Assembly: GCF_000002075.1 (NCBI RefSeq)
Contig: NW_004797278.1
Span: 1,558,024-1,622,023, forward strand
DNA from: Aplysia californica
Taxonomy: Eukaryota
DNA: 64,000 nt
Direction of reading: 5' to 3'
Shown: piece by piece, positions 51,438-63,195 of the stretch
Layout: each line of letters opens with the position of its first letter
Numbering within the stretch: position 1 is the stretch's first letter
Notes under the pieces: model-generated
The model's input: the letters and a program-made list of their open reading frames with translations, nothing else
Database searches by the model: none
What the model was told of the DNA's origin: nothing
Position numbers and translations under genes: made by a program

Positions 51438-52314
51438 AAACATGTGTCATGTCATGTAACAATTTTCTTTTGCATGTGTCAGCAGAGCAAAACTTAACTT
51501 GCTCAATTTCAGTCTTCCTGGTATGATCATACTTCAACTTCAGGTTTCTATTATTTACCCAATTTGAGGAAAGTGTCAGGCCTACAACTACAAGATTTTG
51601 AGTCTTTTCAGATCATGTGGAACACTTTAAATATTTTTGTGTGTGTGTAAGTTACATTTTTATACAAATGGTGAATGGGGGGGGGGGCAACAATTTCCGA
51701 CACATCTTATGAAATGGGTCGTAATTCTTTACATATCTTTCCTCTTCAGTTTTTGTTTCTTTCACTTTCACTTTCATCTTGTTTTCAACGCACCGCTTTT
51801 GTCTCTGAATTCATGGGCTCTGAATTCTAAACAATGTGGTAAGATTTGGAACTGAATTGTACTGAGCTTTGCTCCATTCACTTTGTCATCAACCTATCAT
51901 GAAATAAATTTGTTTTGCCCAAAAGGGAATAAATCCCTTTATAATTTCATAAACTTTTGTCTAAGCTTTATACACCTTTATTGTTCGTTGGTGTGTTTTT
52001 TCATTTGAGAGAACATATAAGGGAGTCCAACTGTCTACTTCTGTTTGCAAGCTGCGTTTGTGAACACGGAGAGTGAACACAGCTAGCAGTTAGCAAGCTA
52101 GGTACCTGACTATTACATTTAGAAATCTAGTATGACATAGCTGACATGTTGACACTGCGGAGTTTCAGTTGGAAGTGGAAGTATGGCAGAACTGTTGCCA
52201 GCTGTCGCTTGTATACGGGGATTTTCTCTTGTTACTTCCTCAAAAACAGTGAAATTTGTTAGTTTTACGTAGCCATTTTCTTTCATTAAAACACTTACTC
52301 AGCACATTGGCCTC

Positions 52315-52590
52315 ATGGAAATGGTCGCTTTTACGCACATGGGGGCTATCCCGAAAATGCCGTTTTGAGAAAGTCGAAGGTAAGGTTTTTGGCCCTTGTT
52401 CAGTTTCTTTTAAAGTCAAGGAGAGTTTTCTCAATAACTATAACCAAACAAATGTACTCACCAATGAAACCAAACTTCTCCAAAAGGTAGGGAAATGCCC
52501 ACTTTTGGTGAAGGTCAAGTTTTCTGGAACCCTCCAAAATCTGGTTTAGCCCGCTTGTTCTTAATAAGTTAAAAGCGACAAAATTTGAAG
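52315..52590 (+). repeat. Second copy of the 4011-4260 interspersed repeat
   Basis: Direct alignment by eye. Confidence 0.75.
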
Positions 52591-52667
52591 CGAGGACAGA
52601 ATTCAGACAGGCCTTGTTCCGTCCTCGCACAGACCGGGGATTTCTTTTGATTTCGGCCTGGGCTTGG

Positions 52668-52760
52668 CTCGCGCTGGGTCTATGCGAGGTCTGTGCGAGG
52701 CCCGCGCTGGGTCTGTGTGAGGTCTGTGCGAGGCCCGCGCTGGGTCTGTGTGAGGTCTGC
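52668..52760. repeat. Minisatellite, about 3 x 33 bp built from 11-bp subunits
   Basis: CCCGCGCTGGGTCTGTGTGAGGTCTGTGCGAGG repeated. Confidence 0.9.
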
Positions 52761-52909
52761 GTAGTCCAATTGAGGACGGCCTGTGTGGTGTCTGGCTGCC
52801 ATTAAATTTAAATATCCCCCACATGGGACTAACTCACATCTTTGACAACAACAAATAGCCTAACCATTATTACACAAAACATTGATGTAAATAAAGAAGC
52901 AGATGGATG

Positions 52910-52965
<56 letters not shown>

Positions 52966-53126
52966 AACGTGAATTCACCAAACCAGCAGGTGTGTACCTT
53001 AAGTAAGTCTTGGCAATAAAATGATACAGAGTAACAGCAGAAAAAACAAACTTATGCTCACCTTCACTAAGAGAAATCGAAGATAACGCAAGGCCAGAAC
53101 TACATTGTCACTGATAGATCTACATA

Positions 53127-53751
53127 TAGTGCGGTCAAAGATTCGTGGTGCAACTTACTGTCAAACTCTTCAACTAAATTTATCTAACTCTCCAGCTTTT
53201 GCACCATGTTTTGTATCAATTTTGTCTTAAAAAGATAGATGTTCTAGAAAATTTGTTAGTAAACATATTGATTAAAAATCCCAGTGGATGGTTTCTACAG
53301 ATTTAAAAAGGTTTACATCTCTTGAGCTGGACAATTGCTTCTAAAAACCAAGTCCGTCCTTTCTTCTAATCGCGACTCTATGCTTATTGAGCGCATGATT
53401 TGAGAACCTCTTTTGCTAAAATATAAAAATGTTTCACTTTAAGATTCATTTCTGTTAAAAGTTTTGCTACTAAAAAGTGTCCTTGGTGAGCAGTGACGTA
53501 GGTCATATATACGTATGCAAATTGCGTTTGAGGAGCGAGAAGTGCTGAGAATAATCCTATTTTCCGCATGACGAAGATTTGAAATATTTTATGTAAATTT
53601 AAGAAGAAATATTTTTTTAAATCTTGCCTTAACAGTTGTGGAAAAAATACAAATTGATACAAACTGGTGTGTAAAGTATTGGTAACATTAATTCACCCGT
53701 TAAAGATATATTAGAGGATAAATTTTGAGCCACGAATTTTTGACAGCACTA
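53127..53751. mobile_element. Non-autonomous DNA transposon (Tc1-like TIR)
   Basis: TAGTGCGGTCAAAGATTCGTGG ... CCACGAATTTTTGACAGCACTA inverted repeat, 20/22 matches. Confidence 0.75.
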
Positions 53752-53755
53752 AATA

Positions 53756-54109
53756 CAGTGGAGTCCAAAAGAAACTTAAAAATGCAATCACCCAACCACC
53801 ATGTTAAAGTGTAGCACTACCCACTCATTCAGCATGCTAATTTGAAGCTAGATAAATTCTGCTTCACATAATATTTCGTTTATCAATATTGATTCTCCCC
53901 AGTACACGCGCTGAGACACGTTTGTTTGATTTCGCACAATTTTGCCAAGCCTTTTTTAAAGGTCAAGTTTGAGTGACCATATCTCGGGAGACTTAAATGA
54001 AATAATGTGTCAGATGATGCAGATTTTATTTAGGTTTAAATTGGTATGCTGCTTGAGTGGCTAACACAAGGCTTTAATATAATTTTCAAGTTTCTTTTGG
54101 ATGCCACTG
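53756..54109. mobile_element. Tc1-like MITE
   Basis: TA-CAGTGGAGTCCAAAAGAAACTT ... AAGTTTCTTTTGGATGCCACTG-TA. Confidence 0.88.
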
Positions 54110-54539
54110 TATTAAAGTAAAAATCCCTGTTGGAAGCCGGCTAAAAGTTTGATTTTTGCGTGTCTAGTTCAATGTCTGACTCGTGCGTACATGGATAGAC
54201 TATCAGGTGCCTTTAGAAACAGATTGTTTAATTAATGGTTCAGATATCAAGGTCAAGAGCGTTTGAAAAAAATATCTGGATTCGCTATGATGTTTCTCAC
54301 ACAAATTTCTTCCCTAGGAAGTTCTTCCATGGGGTGATGACATCAAAAGCAACCTTTTCCCCATATAAAAGAAAAGGCATCCATTAGAGTATTCTTATAA
54401 CATTTTAAGCAGACCAGATCAATAAGCGTACAACAAACCAATCTCCAGCCAGCCCTTTATTTCGATCGAATTTTTGAAAATAAAAGACGTTGTGTACCGA
54501 ATGTACCCGCTGAGATGTAGGCGTTTCTACGCTCTCCTG

Positions 54540-54705
54540 CTACAATTTAGATTATTTAGGAGGGGGGCTTCCGACTGCCTGTCACGGCCTACTTGGGCTA
54601 CGAGAAATACAACATCCCAGCAGAAACACCGATGTATTCCCCATTCGGGAATCTAAGTCGGGTCTTCTGCATGCGACAAAGAAGCGTGTAACCGCTATAC
54701 CAATC
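54540..54705 (-). mobile_element. Decayed SINE with tRNA-Asp-like head; related copy at about 15365-15520 (+)
   Basis: Minus strand TGGTATAGCGG...TGTCGCATGCAGAAGACC...GATTCCCGAATGGGGA followed by TTTCTGCTGG(GA)TGTTGTA, also seen at 15395-15480. Confidence 0.55.
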
Positions 54706-54852
54706 ATGCCGGTCAAGTCCCTGACACGATCCTATTACGTCTTCAGTTTATCCAGACAAGACCACCAGGAGCCGCAGATCTGTTGTTCTACGTCTCTTCA
54801 CTGCCAAATTATCAAACTGACTGGAGTTCAGTTTTGGTAGGAATTAATTTTG

Positions 54853-55230
54853 ATCGGCCGAAGCCTACTCGTATCGATTTTCAAATCAGCAAGGGATCTT
54901 TAAAGTGCGCAACTTCACCCGGGTTCTCTCTTATCCGAGAAGGCAAAGTGTTCGATCTTTTCTATTCTCAGATCAGGGTGTGTGGCTGAAAGGCAGCAGT
55001 TAGAACGAGCCAGTAATAGAGGGGGGGTTAGCTAGGAGCAAAGTACGGGTCGAGTAGCCCACAAGAAAAGTGGAGGGGAGAAAGTGGAGATGAAAGCTGA
55101 CGAAAACGTGACAAGATGAAAGGAAAAGAGATGAAGAAAATAGAGAAAATGTTCGTCGCCGTCAGGTTTCGAACCCAGAACCTGTTCAATGAGAGGCGAA
55201 CACTTTCTTCAGACTACGAGAGCGCACCCC
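54853..55230 (-). mobile_element. Diverged copy of SINE family T
   Basis: CGGCCGAAGCCTACT, GGGATCTTTAAAGTGCGCAACTT, B box GGGTTCGAAACC on minus. Confidence 0.85.
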
Positions 55231-55417
55231 TGAGAAGCATTTCAGAGGCACATTGAAGATTTCGATTCTAAGACCACTTGGACATATTGAACAAAAAAGT
55301 AAAGTACACCGATAAAGGGATTTATTTGAAAATTTTGGAATAAAGATAAAGTATCTTAAATACAAAAATGAAAACATGACGTATTAGTCGACTTTTGCCT
55401 ACGCTACGAAAAAACTG

Positions 55418-56389
55418 CTAGGGAAATCTGTCATAAGGTCCGATCGGGCAAATAATGAATCCAAAAAGAACTAAATCTGTATCGTAGTCTTTGTAACTGT
55501 GATGTTCCTCGAATACCACATCGTACTCATGGGATGACTCTTCTTGATGTAGGGAGAACTTGCTGGAGGAAGTGGAGGAGATGGAGGAATTACTAGGGGA
55601 ACAGCTACTCGCTAGCAAGTGCTGCATCTCTTCCTGAAGTATGTTAGAAACAGAAGAGTCGTTCAAAAGGCCGGGGTTCAGTGGTGGCTCTTCTACTTGA
55701 TCGCTCAGCAAGTCGTACGTTTGAAAGTTCGGGCTGCTCTCATATGAACCTGCGTCATCAGCTGGTAGGTTTGTATTCGGGTTGTGTCCCTTCCCGTGTT
55801 CGAGTTCCGTGACGTTTTTGATATTGCCCGTTTCACTAGTTATTCCACGGCGGGCATTTGAATATGTTCTCGGGACCTCTTTGGAATCATCGGAAACTTT
55901 TTGCACCTGGTCTTTTCCCTGTCCCAGTTGACTCCATGTCTGTGAAATTTCTTTAAACATGATCAAATTCCGTTCTTTTTCCTCCGTCTGTTCTTCTTGC
56001 CTATTTTTGAAGTCCAGTTCCAACCTCGGAGTTTGTTTATCTCCTTTTCCTTCTTGTTTCAGCTTCAGTCTTGTAACATGTTCTCTCCCATGCGGTGCAG
56101 TGGTTTTGACGTTTTCGTTTGGCGAACTATTGTGGGTGTCCGTCACAATAACATTTTCAGGTGGAGAATGTAAAGGATTGCCCTGGCCATAACGCAGATC
56201 GATAGAACGACTACAATGGGGACACACAAGATGTACATAAGTTTCAAATAATATACCTCTGTTTTCCGCTGAGTTGAACGTTTTTTGTTTTGCAATGTTG
56301 ATACAGATTTGGTTGATCCTGGGTCTAACAATCGGTGTCCGATGGAAACTTTCCGTCATGTTATTCACTTTCTGCAATGTCTTGCCCAC
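55418..56389 (-). CDS. Terminal exon of the unknown gene (VGKTLQKV...VCPHCSRS...PYDRFP*)
   Basis: 324-codon open frame starting at a tgcttgcag acceptor; one CxxC and a Ser-rich tract. Confidence 0.75.
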   Translation of the reverse strand: MGKTLQKVNNMTESFHRTPIVRPRINQICINIAKQKTFNSAENRGILFETYVHLVCPHCSRSIDLRYGQGNPLHSPPENVIVTDTHNSSPNENVKTTAPHGREHVTRLKLKQEGKGDKQTPRLELDFKNRQEEQTEEKERNLIMFKEISQTWSQLGQGKDQVQKVSDDSKEVPRTYSNARRGITSETGNIKNVTELEHGKGHNPNTNLPADDAGSYESSPNFQTYDLLSDQVEEPPLNPGLLNDSSVSNILQEEMQHLLASSCSPSNSSISSTSSSKFSLHQEESSHEYDVVFEEHHSYKDYDTDLVLFGFIICPIGPYDRFP

Positions 56390-59300
56390 CTGCAAGCAAA
56401 CAGGAGTGGGCGGAGTCAGGAGGCTGGTTCAACCTGTCAAAGGAGAAACGCGAGGGGTTTACACGGCACAGGTAAGGTTAACAGTTGCTACGCAGATATA
56501 GATTTGACAATAGTTGTTGGAAGCAGTGACAGGCCCCACAGAAACGGAAGAATTAAATGAAACTTAAGGTGAAACGATTGGCGAGGGCCAAGAATACAAA
56601 TGGCCTGTCTGCTCATGGGAACAAAGTTGTAAATTCTTTAAGTGCATACATTCTTAGCTTAACAAATGTTCTGAATTTTAGCCCATAAACGACATCAAGA
56701 CAATTTTCCTAGCCAGTGGCAAACAAAGTAGCTACGTAATACAATGAGTCCACTCATGTGAACAATTATGAACCTTTTTACAAGTTTGTATTTTTAGTAG
56801 TTTGACGATTTGCCAATGGCGAGAATGAGGCTTTGCCCGTATCTACGTCAGAGCTGTGCTTCGTGGGATCTTGGTAACCAGGATCTTTCAGGCGAGGTGT
56901 AGTGAGATGATCGGGGACATCGACAGAATCAGAAAATGTTCCGTCGTCTTCAGTTTTCGAGATGGCTAAAGCATTTTCAAAATTGTCGACATTTCTGTTG
57001 CCTGAAGGTTCGATGAAATCTTCACATTCTTGACTTTCCAGTCTCACATTGTCTTCACATTCTATCCGTTTTTCTTCGCCTACCTCATTCTGATAACCTG
57101 AGATATTTTCCGTCCCTAATGAACCCTGACATATTTTCAATTCCTCTTGAGTGGGTTCTTCCTTCAACGAGTCCTGAGAACCTACCAGAGATTCACCAAC
57201 CACACTTTTCTCCCCCTCCAGATCGTCCTGACAGCCCACTGAATGTTTCTCAGAGTCAAGAAATGGACAGCACACTGGAGTTTCCTCTGGAGCCGGGACT
57301 TCGTCTTCTGGTAATGGAGTTGGAGAAACCGCAGTGTCGTTCACATTTTCAACAAGGGCAAAGTTTTGATCGTTTGAATTAAGACCAGAATGAGCCGTTT
57401 CAGGATGATCCAGTTTGTTCTTGTGCAAGCTGGGGTCACAGATTTGGTTCTCTACACATACCACAGAAGTGCTACCCGACGCGTGAGACTCACCCACAGC
57501 AAAATCAATGTTTGTGTTTGTTAGAGTGTCCTTTTCAAAACCATGCTCTTTTTCATCTTCTCCGGCACATTCTAACACATTTTGCGAAACTTTTTCGTGT
57601 TGTTCAGCCTCTGCTATGTAGTGGGCCAGCCACTCAGTTTTTAGAGAAGCCTTTTCTTTGTCGGAGTGGTCATCATTGTGCAAGCTCACTACATCTGTCC
57701 CGGTACTTTTATATTCAACACCGTCCTGTACATAGGTCACATGATCAACATTCAAAGTATCAAGATCAACATTGTCATCTTCTTGAACCGAGTGGGCTTT
57801 TGCTTTGACAACTTTTCCCAGTATCCCTCCCCCATAACCCATGAAAAGAAAGTTGTCTCTATGGTCACTTCCTGCTTGGTTTCTCTCTCCCCCACTCAGG
57901 GTATCCGACTGTGTCTGCCAAAAAACGTCTTCGGACTCTTCCACAGCGACTGGTCTTGTTTGTTGTGGTCCATACAGCGTGTCGTGCACGATCGATTTAG
58001 TTGTACGGGCAAGAGATTTGACTTTCTCTAAGACACATGATTCTTCATGAGCCCTATAGACTACAAGACCTCCCGTTACATCGAAAGGACATTTACAGTT
58101 CGGGGAACCAAAGGGCGATTTGTTGGCTGTCTTGTCGAAGTCGGAGCTGTCCTCGCTTTCGGTTCTGTGTTCGTCTGGTCCTCTAGTGCCAAGTCCAATG
58201 TACTCTGCCGTCTCTGAAACGAACAGAGGACATCAAGTCAAGGCACGAGACCCGAGACTAACTTCAGCTTGGACAATGTTATGTTCATTCCCTCCTATTC
58301 TTTGAAGTTCCATAGATCGTAATTCGTAACTATCGATCCACCTACAATGAATGTTCTTTGACTTATAATGAAAGATGGTTTATGAGTTTCTTTTAACTTT
58401 TGACAGTGCTTGAAAATTTACTCGATTCTTTGGAATATGCTGGATGGATCGTACATTCGTCCTAAAAAGGAGTTTGAATTTTTTTGACATTTATCCTCCG
58501 TATAAATATTTGTTGCCCTTTGCTTTCTGTGGGTCACATTAATGATAATACACTGCCAGGATGTTTCCAAGGGAAGTAGGCTTTCAGAGAATGGAATCAG
58601 GAGAATTCACCTGAAAAATATCTGTCGTCGTCTTCTACTGGCTCCTTAGCACTTACTTTCCCACTATTCACAGCGGTGCCAGTGACGTCATCACAGTGGT
58701 CGCTCAGCTGTCACGACAAAAGTGGAGAACATCCAGTGAGCATTTCTTTGTTGGGGTTTGTTACCTTTTCTTGGTTCTGGTCATTTGCCCTTTCCAGCTA
58801 AATGGAATCGGGTCTGCCACATTTTTTACCGATTTTGATGTCTTGTTTGAGATAGCCTGCAGCATGAACCTGCAGCATGTCTTCTAAACTGGTTGACAAG
58901 ACCGTTAGTTTTGGTCTTAAGCTGAATTAGACGCACACGTCAGTTTGCTGATAGAACCGTGACGACAATACGAGAGGAGAAGAAGAATAAATTAAGGTTA
59001 AAAATGAATTTGCTACAAGTTATGAATAATCAGTATTGTGTACTTGCAAGGATGGGTCATCCTAAGAATGCAGCTTTAAAAAACCTACAAAATGTACACA
59101 CACTTTTCTTACCGGCCTAAAGCTCGCTACATTTTCTCAGTCTAGTCCCCCAAACTAGTCCCCAGACCAGTCCCCCAAACTAGTCCCCCCCCCCCCTTTC
59201 CAACCAGTCTCCTCCCACAAACCAGCCCCTTCCAAAAAAAAGTTTACCTCACCCCAAACCACCACCACCCCCTTCCAAACCAGTCCCCCACTACCCAGTC

Positions 59301-62300
59301 GCCACCGTCCAACTGGCAGCCGTGTCACTTACCGGCATCTCCTGAGATTCGCCTTCCATGTCACTCTTGTGCTGGATAGTGTCAGCATCATCAGAGTCAG
59401 AGGACTCACTGGTCTGTTGAGACACATAAAACTCAACCAAAATGGCGTGCAAGGAATATATATATTTATAAAATCAGTTTGTATATTGATCAGGAACTTT
59501 TTTAAGGAAAATGGGGAGGTCTATATGACAACACCAAAGAGGACTTGTCACCTTGTTTAATTAATTGGACTATCACCGAAGGCTACTAAAGTCACCAAAG
59601 ACTAGAATAAAATAATTACCCCTTTTCCTAAACTCGACGCAATAGCAAAAACAGTACATAGTAAAAACATCTGACACCCAACGACTGTCTTGGGCTCTAA
59701 TTAGGTATTTAAATATTTCTGGGAAATACCGAGGAATCTACAACTTGCACTTGTGTGTATAAACTTGTGTTGCAATAAAGTACTAATGATAAGCAACAAA
59801 CTAAAAAACGAGTTGATTTTTTAGGTACACCATAGTGTCATTGTGTCCTACAACGTTGGAATCACAGGATGCACTAATTCACATAAAGTGATAAAGAATA
59901 ACAAAAGTATAGCGTCTAACCACAGGACCACATGAGTTCGACAAGTCAGAGATGGCTCGCCCACTTACACTGCTGTCAGAGTCTTTCTCAACTGACGGGT
60001 CCGGCCTTAAGTTTTCAGTAAGTACCGCGACTCTTGCTCCCAACTCTGAAACCAACCAAGAACAGTTCATTCAACTTTAGTAATTGCGAACGTAAGACTT
60101 TTTAGACACCAAATGAATACTTGTCAGTTTCTTAAAAGCAGCAAAAGATGGGTCGTGAGATAATATAATCAGGCGGGGGATGTGAGGACTCTAGAACAAA
60201 CTGAATAAATGTACACTGTCCGTATAAATGACACTGTCTTCTCTTAAAGCTCATCTTGTAAAGATCAACACTACGTTCGATTTTGATTGGGTAGATGTTT
60301 TACGGCACTATCGACACAATTTTGGTCATTTAAGCGCCACCAGGTTTCACCGCTACAAAATCAGACGTTTTTAATAAAGTCTTTCGGAGCTCGCAACCGC
60401 AAACGATCACATTATCTCTATTATGCTAAAAAGACGAACAAACATTTATAAAAAAATTTGTTGTAAATATGGAAAAGGCTTATTTACATTTGTATATACA
60501 ATACAAATTTCAGTGTATGTATATATACACCGTATGTATATATACACCGACAACGACAATTATACATTTTCACATTTTATTAAACAGTCCAATTTCTTTT
60601 ATATAATTTAAAATTCTTCTAGGCTCTATGATGTCAAAAAGGGTCTTAACATCTTTACACTTAAAATGGAAACGGACATAATTAAAGTCGACACATTCCA
60701 TTAGGATGTGCCGAACTGTGAAACTTGTGTTGCACGCCACGCAAAAAGGAGCTTCCTCTCCTTTGAGCAAATGTTTGTGCGTGACGTGCGTGTGTCCTAT
60801 CCTTAGTCAGGTAAAAATTACTTTTTCTCTTCGTGGTAGAGATAGTGGTTTTCTGGGAGTAAGTTTCGGTTGAATGTAATGGAGTTTGTTGTGTATTTGT
60901 TGATTCCAAATTTGGGACCAGGAGGATGTGATGTGTTCTTTTACTTTTGGTTTCATGTCAGAGAAAGGGATTTTACTATTTTTGTTTTCAGGTAGTTTTA
61001 GAGATTCTTTGGCAAATTGGTCAACGGCTTCGTTGCCATCAATGCCTGCATGGCTTGGAAGCCAAGCTATTGTAATAGTTTTTCCAGACTGATGTAGAAA
61101 ATGCAGTTTAATGATAAGTTTCAAAATTCTGTTGTCGGAGGTGTCAGAGCGCTCTAAAGATTTCAGACATGAGAGAGAGTCTGAAAGGATTAGGAAGGTA
61201 GACTTGGTTGATTGATCTATAATATTTAGGGCCATTTCAAGAGCTGTAGCCTCAGCAGTGTAGACTGAAGCTTCTGGGGGGATTTTCCTTAAGTTTAAGC
61301 TGTGTGGCGATGCAAGGGCAGCAGCTCCTACTGAGGAGTCATTTTTGGATCTGTCTGTAAAGAGTCTCTGCTTCAGGGTATCTATTTATTAGCTGTTTGT
61401 ATGAGTTTAAGTATGTAGTTTTGTCTGTGGACTTTTTGTTGTGTTTTTCAAGACTAGTATCTATGTTTGGTTTGGTTAAATGCCATGGAGGTATGCTGGA
61501 CATGGCAAAGGGCTCGATTATGTCTTCAGAAAAATCAATGTCTTTGAGATCGTTCTGGATTCTTATTCCGAAAGGGCTTACTTTATTTCCTAAGGAGGAT
61601 AGAGTTTTTAGGTCTTCGGGAAGGCCAAAGACACATTTGTGGGCTGGGTTTTGGGGTACTGAGCTAAGTTTCAAAGCGTACTGCAAAGAGAGTTTTTTTC
61701 TTCTAAGTTCCAAAGATGGTTCATGCGCTTCTGCCTGTAAACTTTCTACAGGTGAAGTACGGAAAGCGCCTAGGGCAAGGCGAAGGCCTTGGTTCTGAAC
61801 AGGGTCTAGAATTTTAAGGTAAGACTTTCTGGCTGATCCGTAAACAGGACTGGCATAGTCCAACCTGGAACGGACAAGGGAACGGTAAAGTTTAAGAAGT
61901 ATTTCAGTATCTCCTTCCCATTCAGGATTGGATAATACTTTTAAGGCGTTGAGAACACTCTGACACCTCGTCTTTAGGTCTTTCAAGTGTGGTAGGAAAG
62001 AATTTATTGTCGAAGATTACGCCCAGGAAACGAGCTTGTTTTTTAACAGGAATTTCTCTCCAAACAAATATAAATCTGGTTGTCACACATCTTGTGCGAC
62101 AGACAAAAATGTACACAGTTTGTTTTTAATATGGAAAATTTGAACCCGTGCCCGTTTGCCCAAGTTTCCAATTTATGGAGTTGAAGCTGAAGCTGACGTT
62201 CAATGTGATCCATTTTGGATTTGGATTTATAGCAGATCAGGAAGTCGTCAACGTAAAGTGAGCAGTCAATATTGTTTTGAAGGGTTTTTGTGATGGAATT

Positions 62301-62988
62301 GATTTTGATTTCGAAAAGAATGGGCGATAAGATGCTTCCCTGGGGGACGCCTTCTTCTTGGGTGTGTAAATTTGATAGGGTTGAACCTACTTTTACTTGA
62401 AATGATCGATCTTTCAAAAAGTTTCGTATAAATTCGGGAAGATTTCCGCGTAAGCCCAAGTTATGCAGGTCTTTCAGAAAACCATGTTTCCATGTGGTGT
62501 CGAATGCTTTTTCTAAGTCGAAAAAAATAGCCACAAGGTGCTCTTTTCGAATGAAACTTCCCGAATGAAAGTTTCAAGTCGGACGAGATGGTCAATAGTA
62601 GAGCGATTTTTGCAAAAACCGCATTGAAAATTGGACAAGGAGTTTGAGGTTTCGAGAAACCACATTAGACGTTTGTTAATAAGTTTTTCCATAAGTTTAC
62701 AGAAACAGTTTGTAAGGGCTATGGGACGGTAGTTTGAAGGGTTAGAACACTACGTTCAAAGCTTTTCAAAATTAAAGGAAATAAACAAGCGCTCACTGCG
62801 TTTGAAGGTCTTCGACATAGTCTTCAGTGGAGAGCCGGGTCGTTTTAAGCCAAACATCCTCGCAATTCTCACCAGCGTATTGAATTTCTCCAGAGAAATT
62901 ATTCCAAACTCAAGAGCTTTATCGGCAAGCCAGCTGTGCTGGGAGATGCGAATTGGCTGGGGACAGTACAGTTTTAAAAGCTTGAAAC
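55418..62988 (-). CDS. Uncharacterised multi-exon gene, 5' part unresolved or beyond the window; acidic low-complexity C-terminal region
   Basis: Phase-consistent GT-AG exon chain 62988-62797 (phase 1-1), 60045-59969 (1-0), 59413-59333 (0-0), 58707-58611 (0-1), 58213-56778 (phase 1 to TAA). A further phase-0 exon 56389-55418 ends in TAG. No family recognised. Confidence 0.7.
56778..58213 (-). CDS. Large (about 1.4 kb) E/D/S-rich exon of the unknown gene
   Basis: The frame of ORF 56778-57989 stays open up to a gtttcag acceptor at 58215-58214. Confidence 0.8.
59333..59413 (-). CDS. Internal exon of the unknown gene (TSESSDSDDADTIQHKSDMEGESQEMP)
   Basis: caacag acceptor, gtaagt donor, 81 nt. 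Confidence 0.7.
60279..62745 (-). mobile_element. 5'-truncated, frameshifted non-LTR retrotransposon of the I group (I/Nimb-like): RT + RNase H + C-terminal CCHC
   Basis: NYRPIALT, FFDLEKAFD, GVPQGSILSP and LYVDD RT motifs; RNase H AWLPSHAGIDGNEAVDQFAK; CVAC...HILMEC; 12-bp TSD AACACTACGTTC at 60267-60278 and 62746-62757; lies in an intron of the unknown gene. Confidence 0.95.
62797..62988 (-). CDS. Internal exon of the unknown gene (FKLLKLYCPQPIRISQHSWLADKALEFGIISLEKFNTLVRIARMFGLKRPGSP...)
   Basis: ctttcag acceptor, A|gtgagc donor, 192 nt open, globular-looking composition. Confidence 0.65.
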
Positions 62989-63195
62989 CTGAAAGTGTGT
63001 AAACGCCTAGAGTCAACGAGAACTTCGTATTGTCCAAAAGATTGCTGTATAGTCTTACGAAGAACGAGTTAGTTGAGCATTAACTTAAAATTAATAGGTG
63101 TCTGAAGGCTGGAACGAAATGTTCGTTAACTTTCAACGTGATCATTTATTGAGCAGAAGCTGCTCAAGCGATTGGAAGTTGTCCGAAATTGAAAA

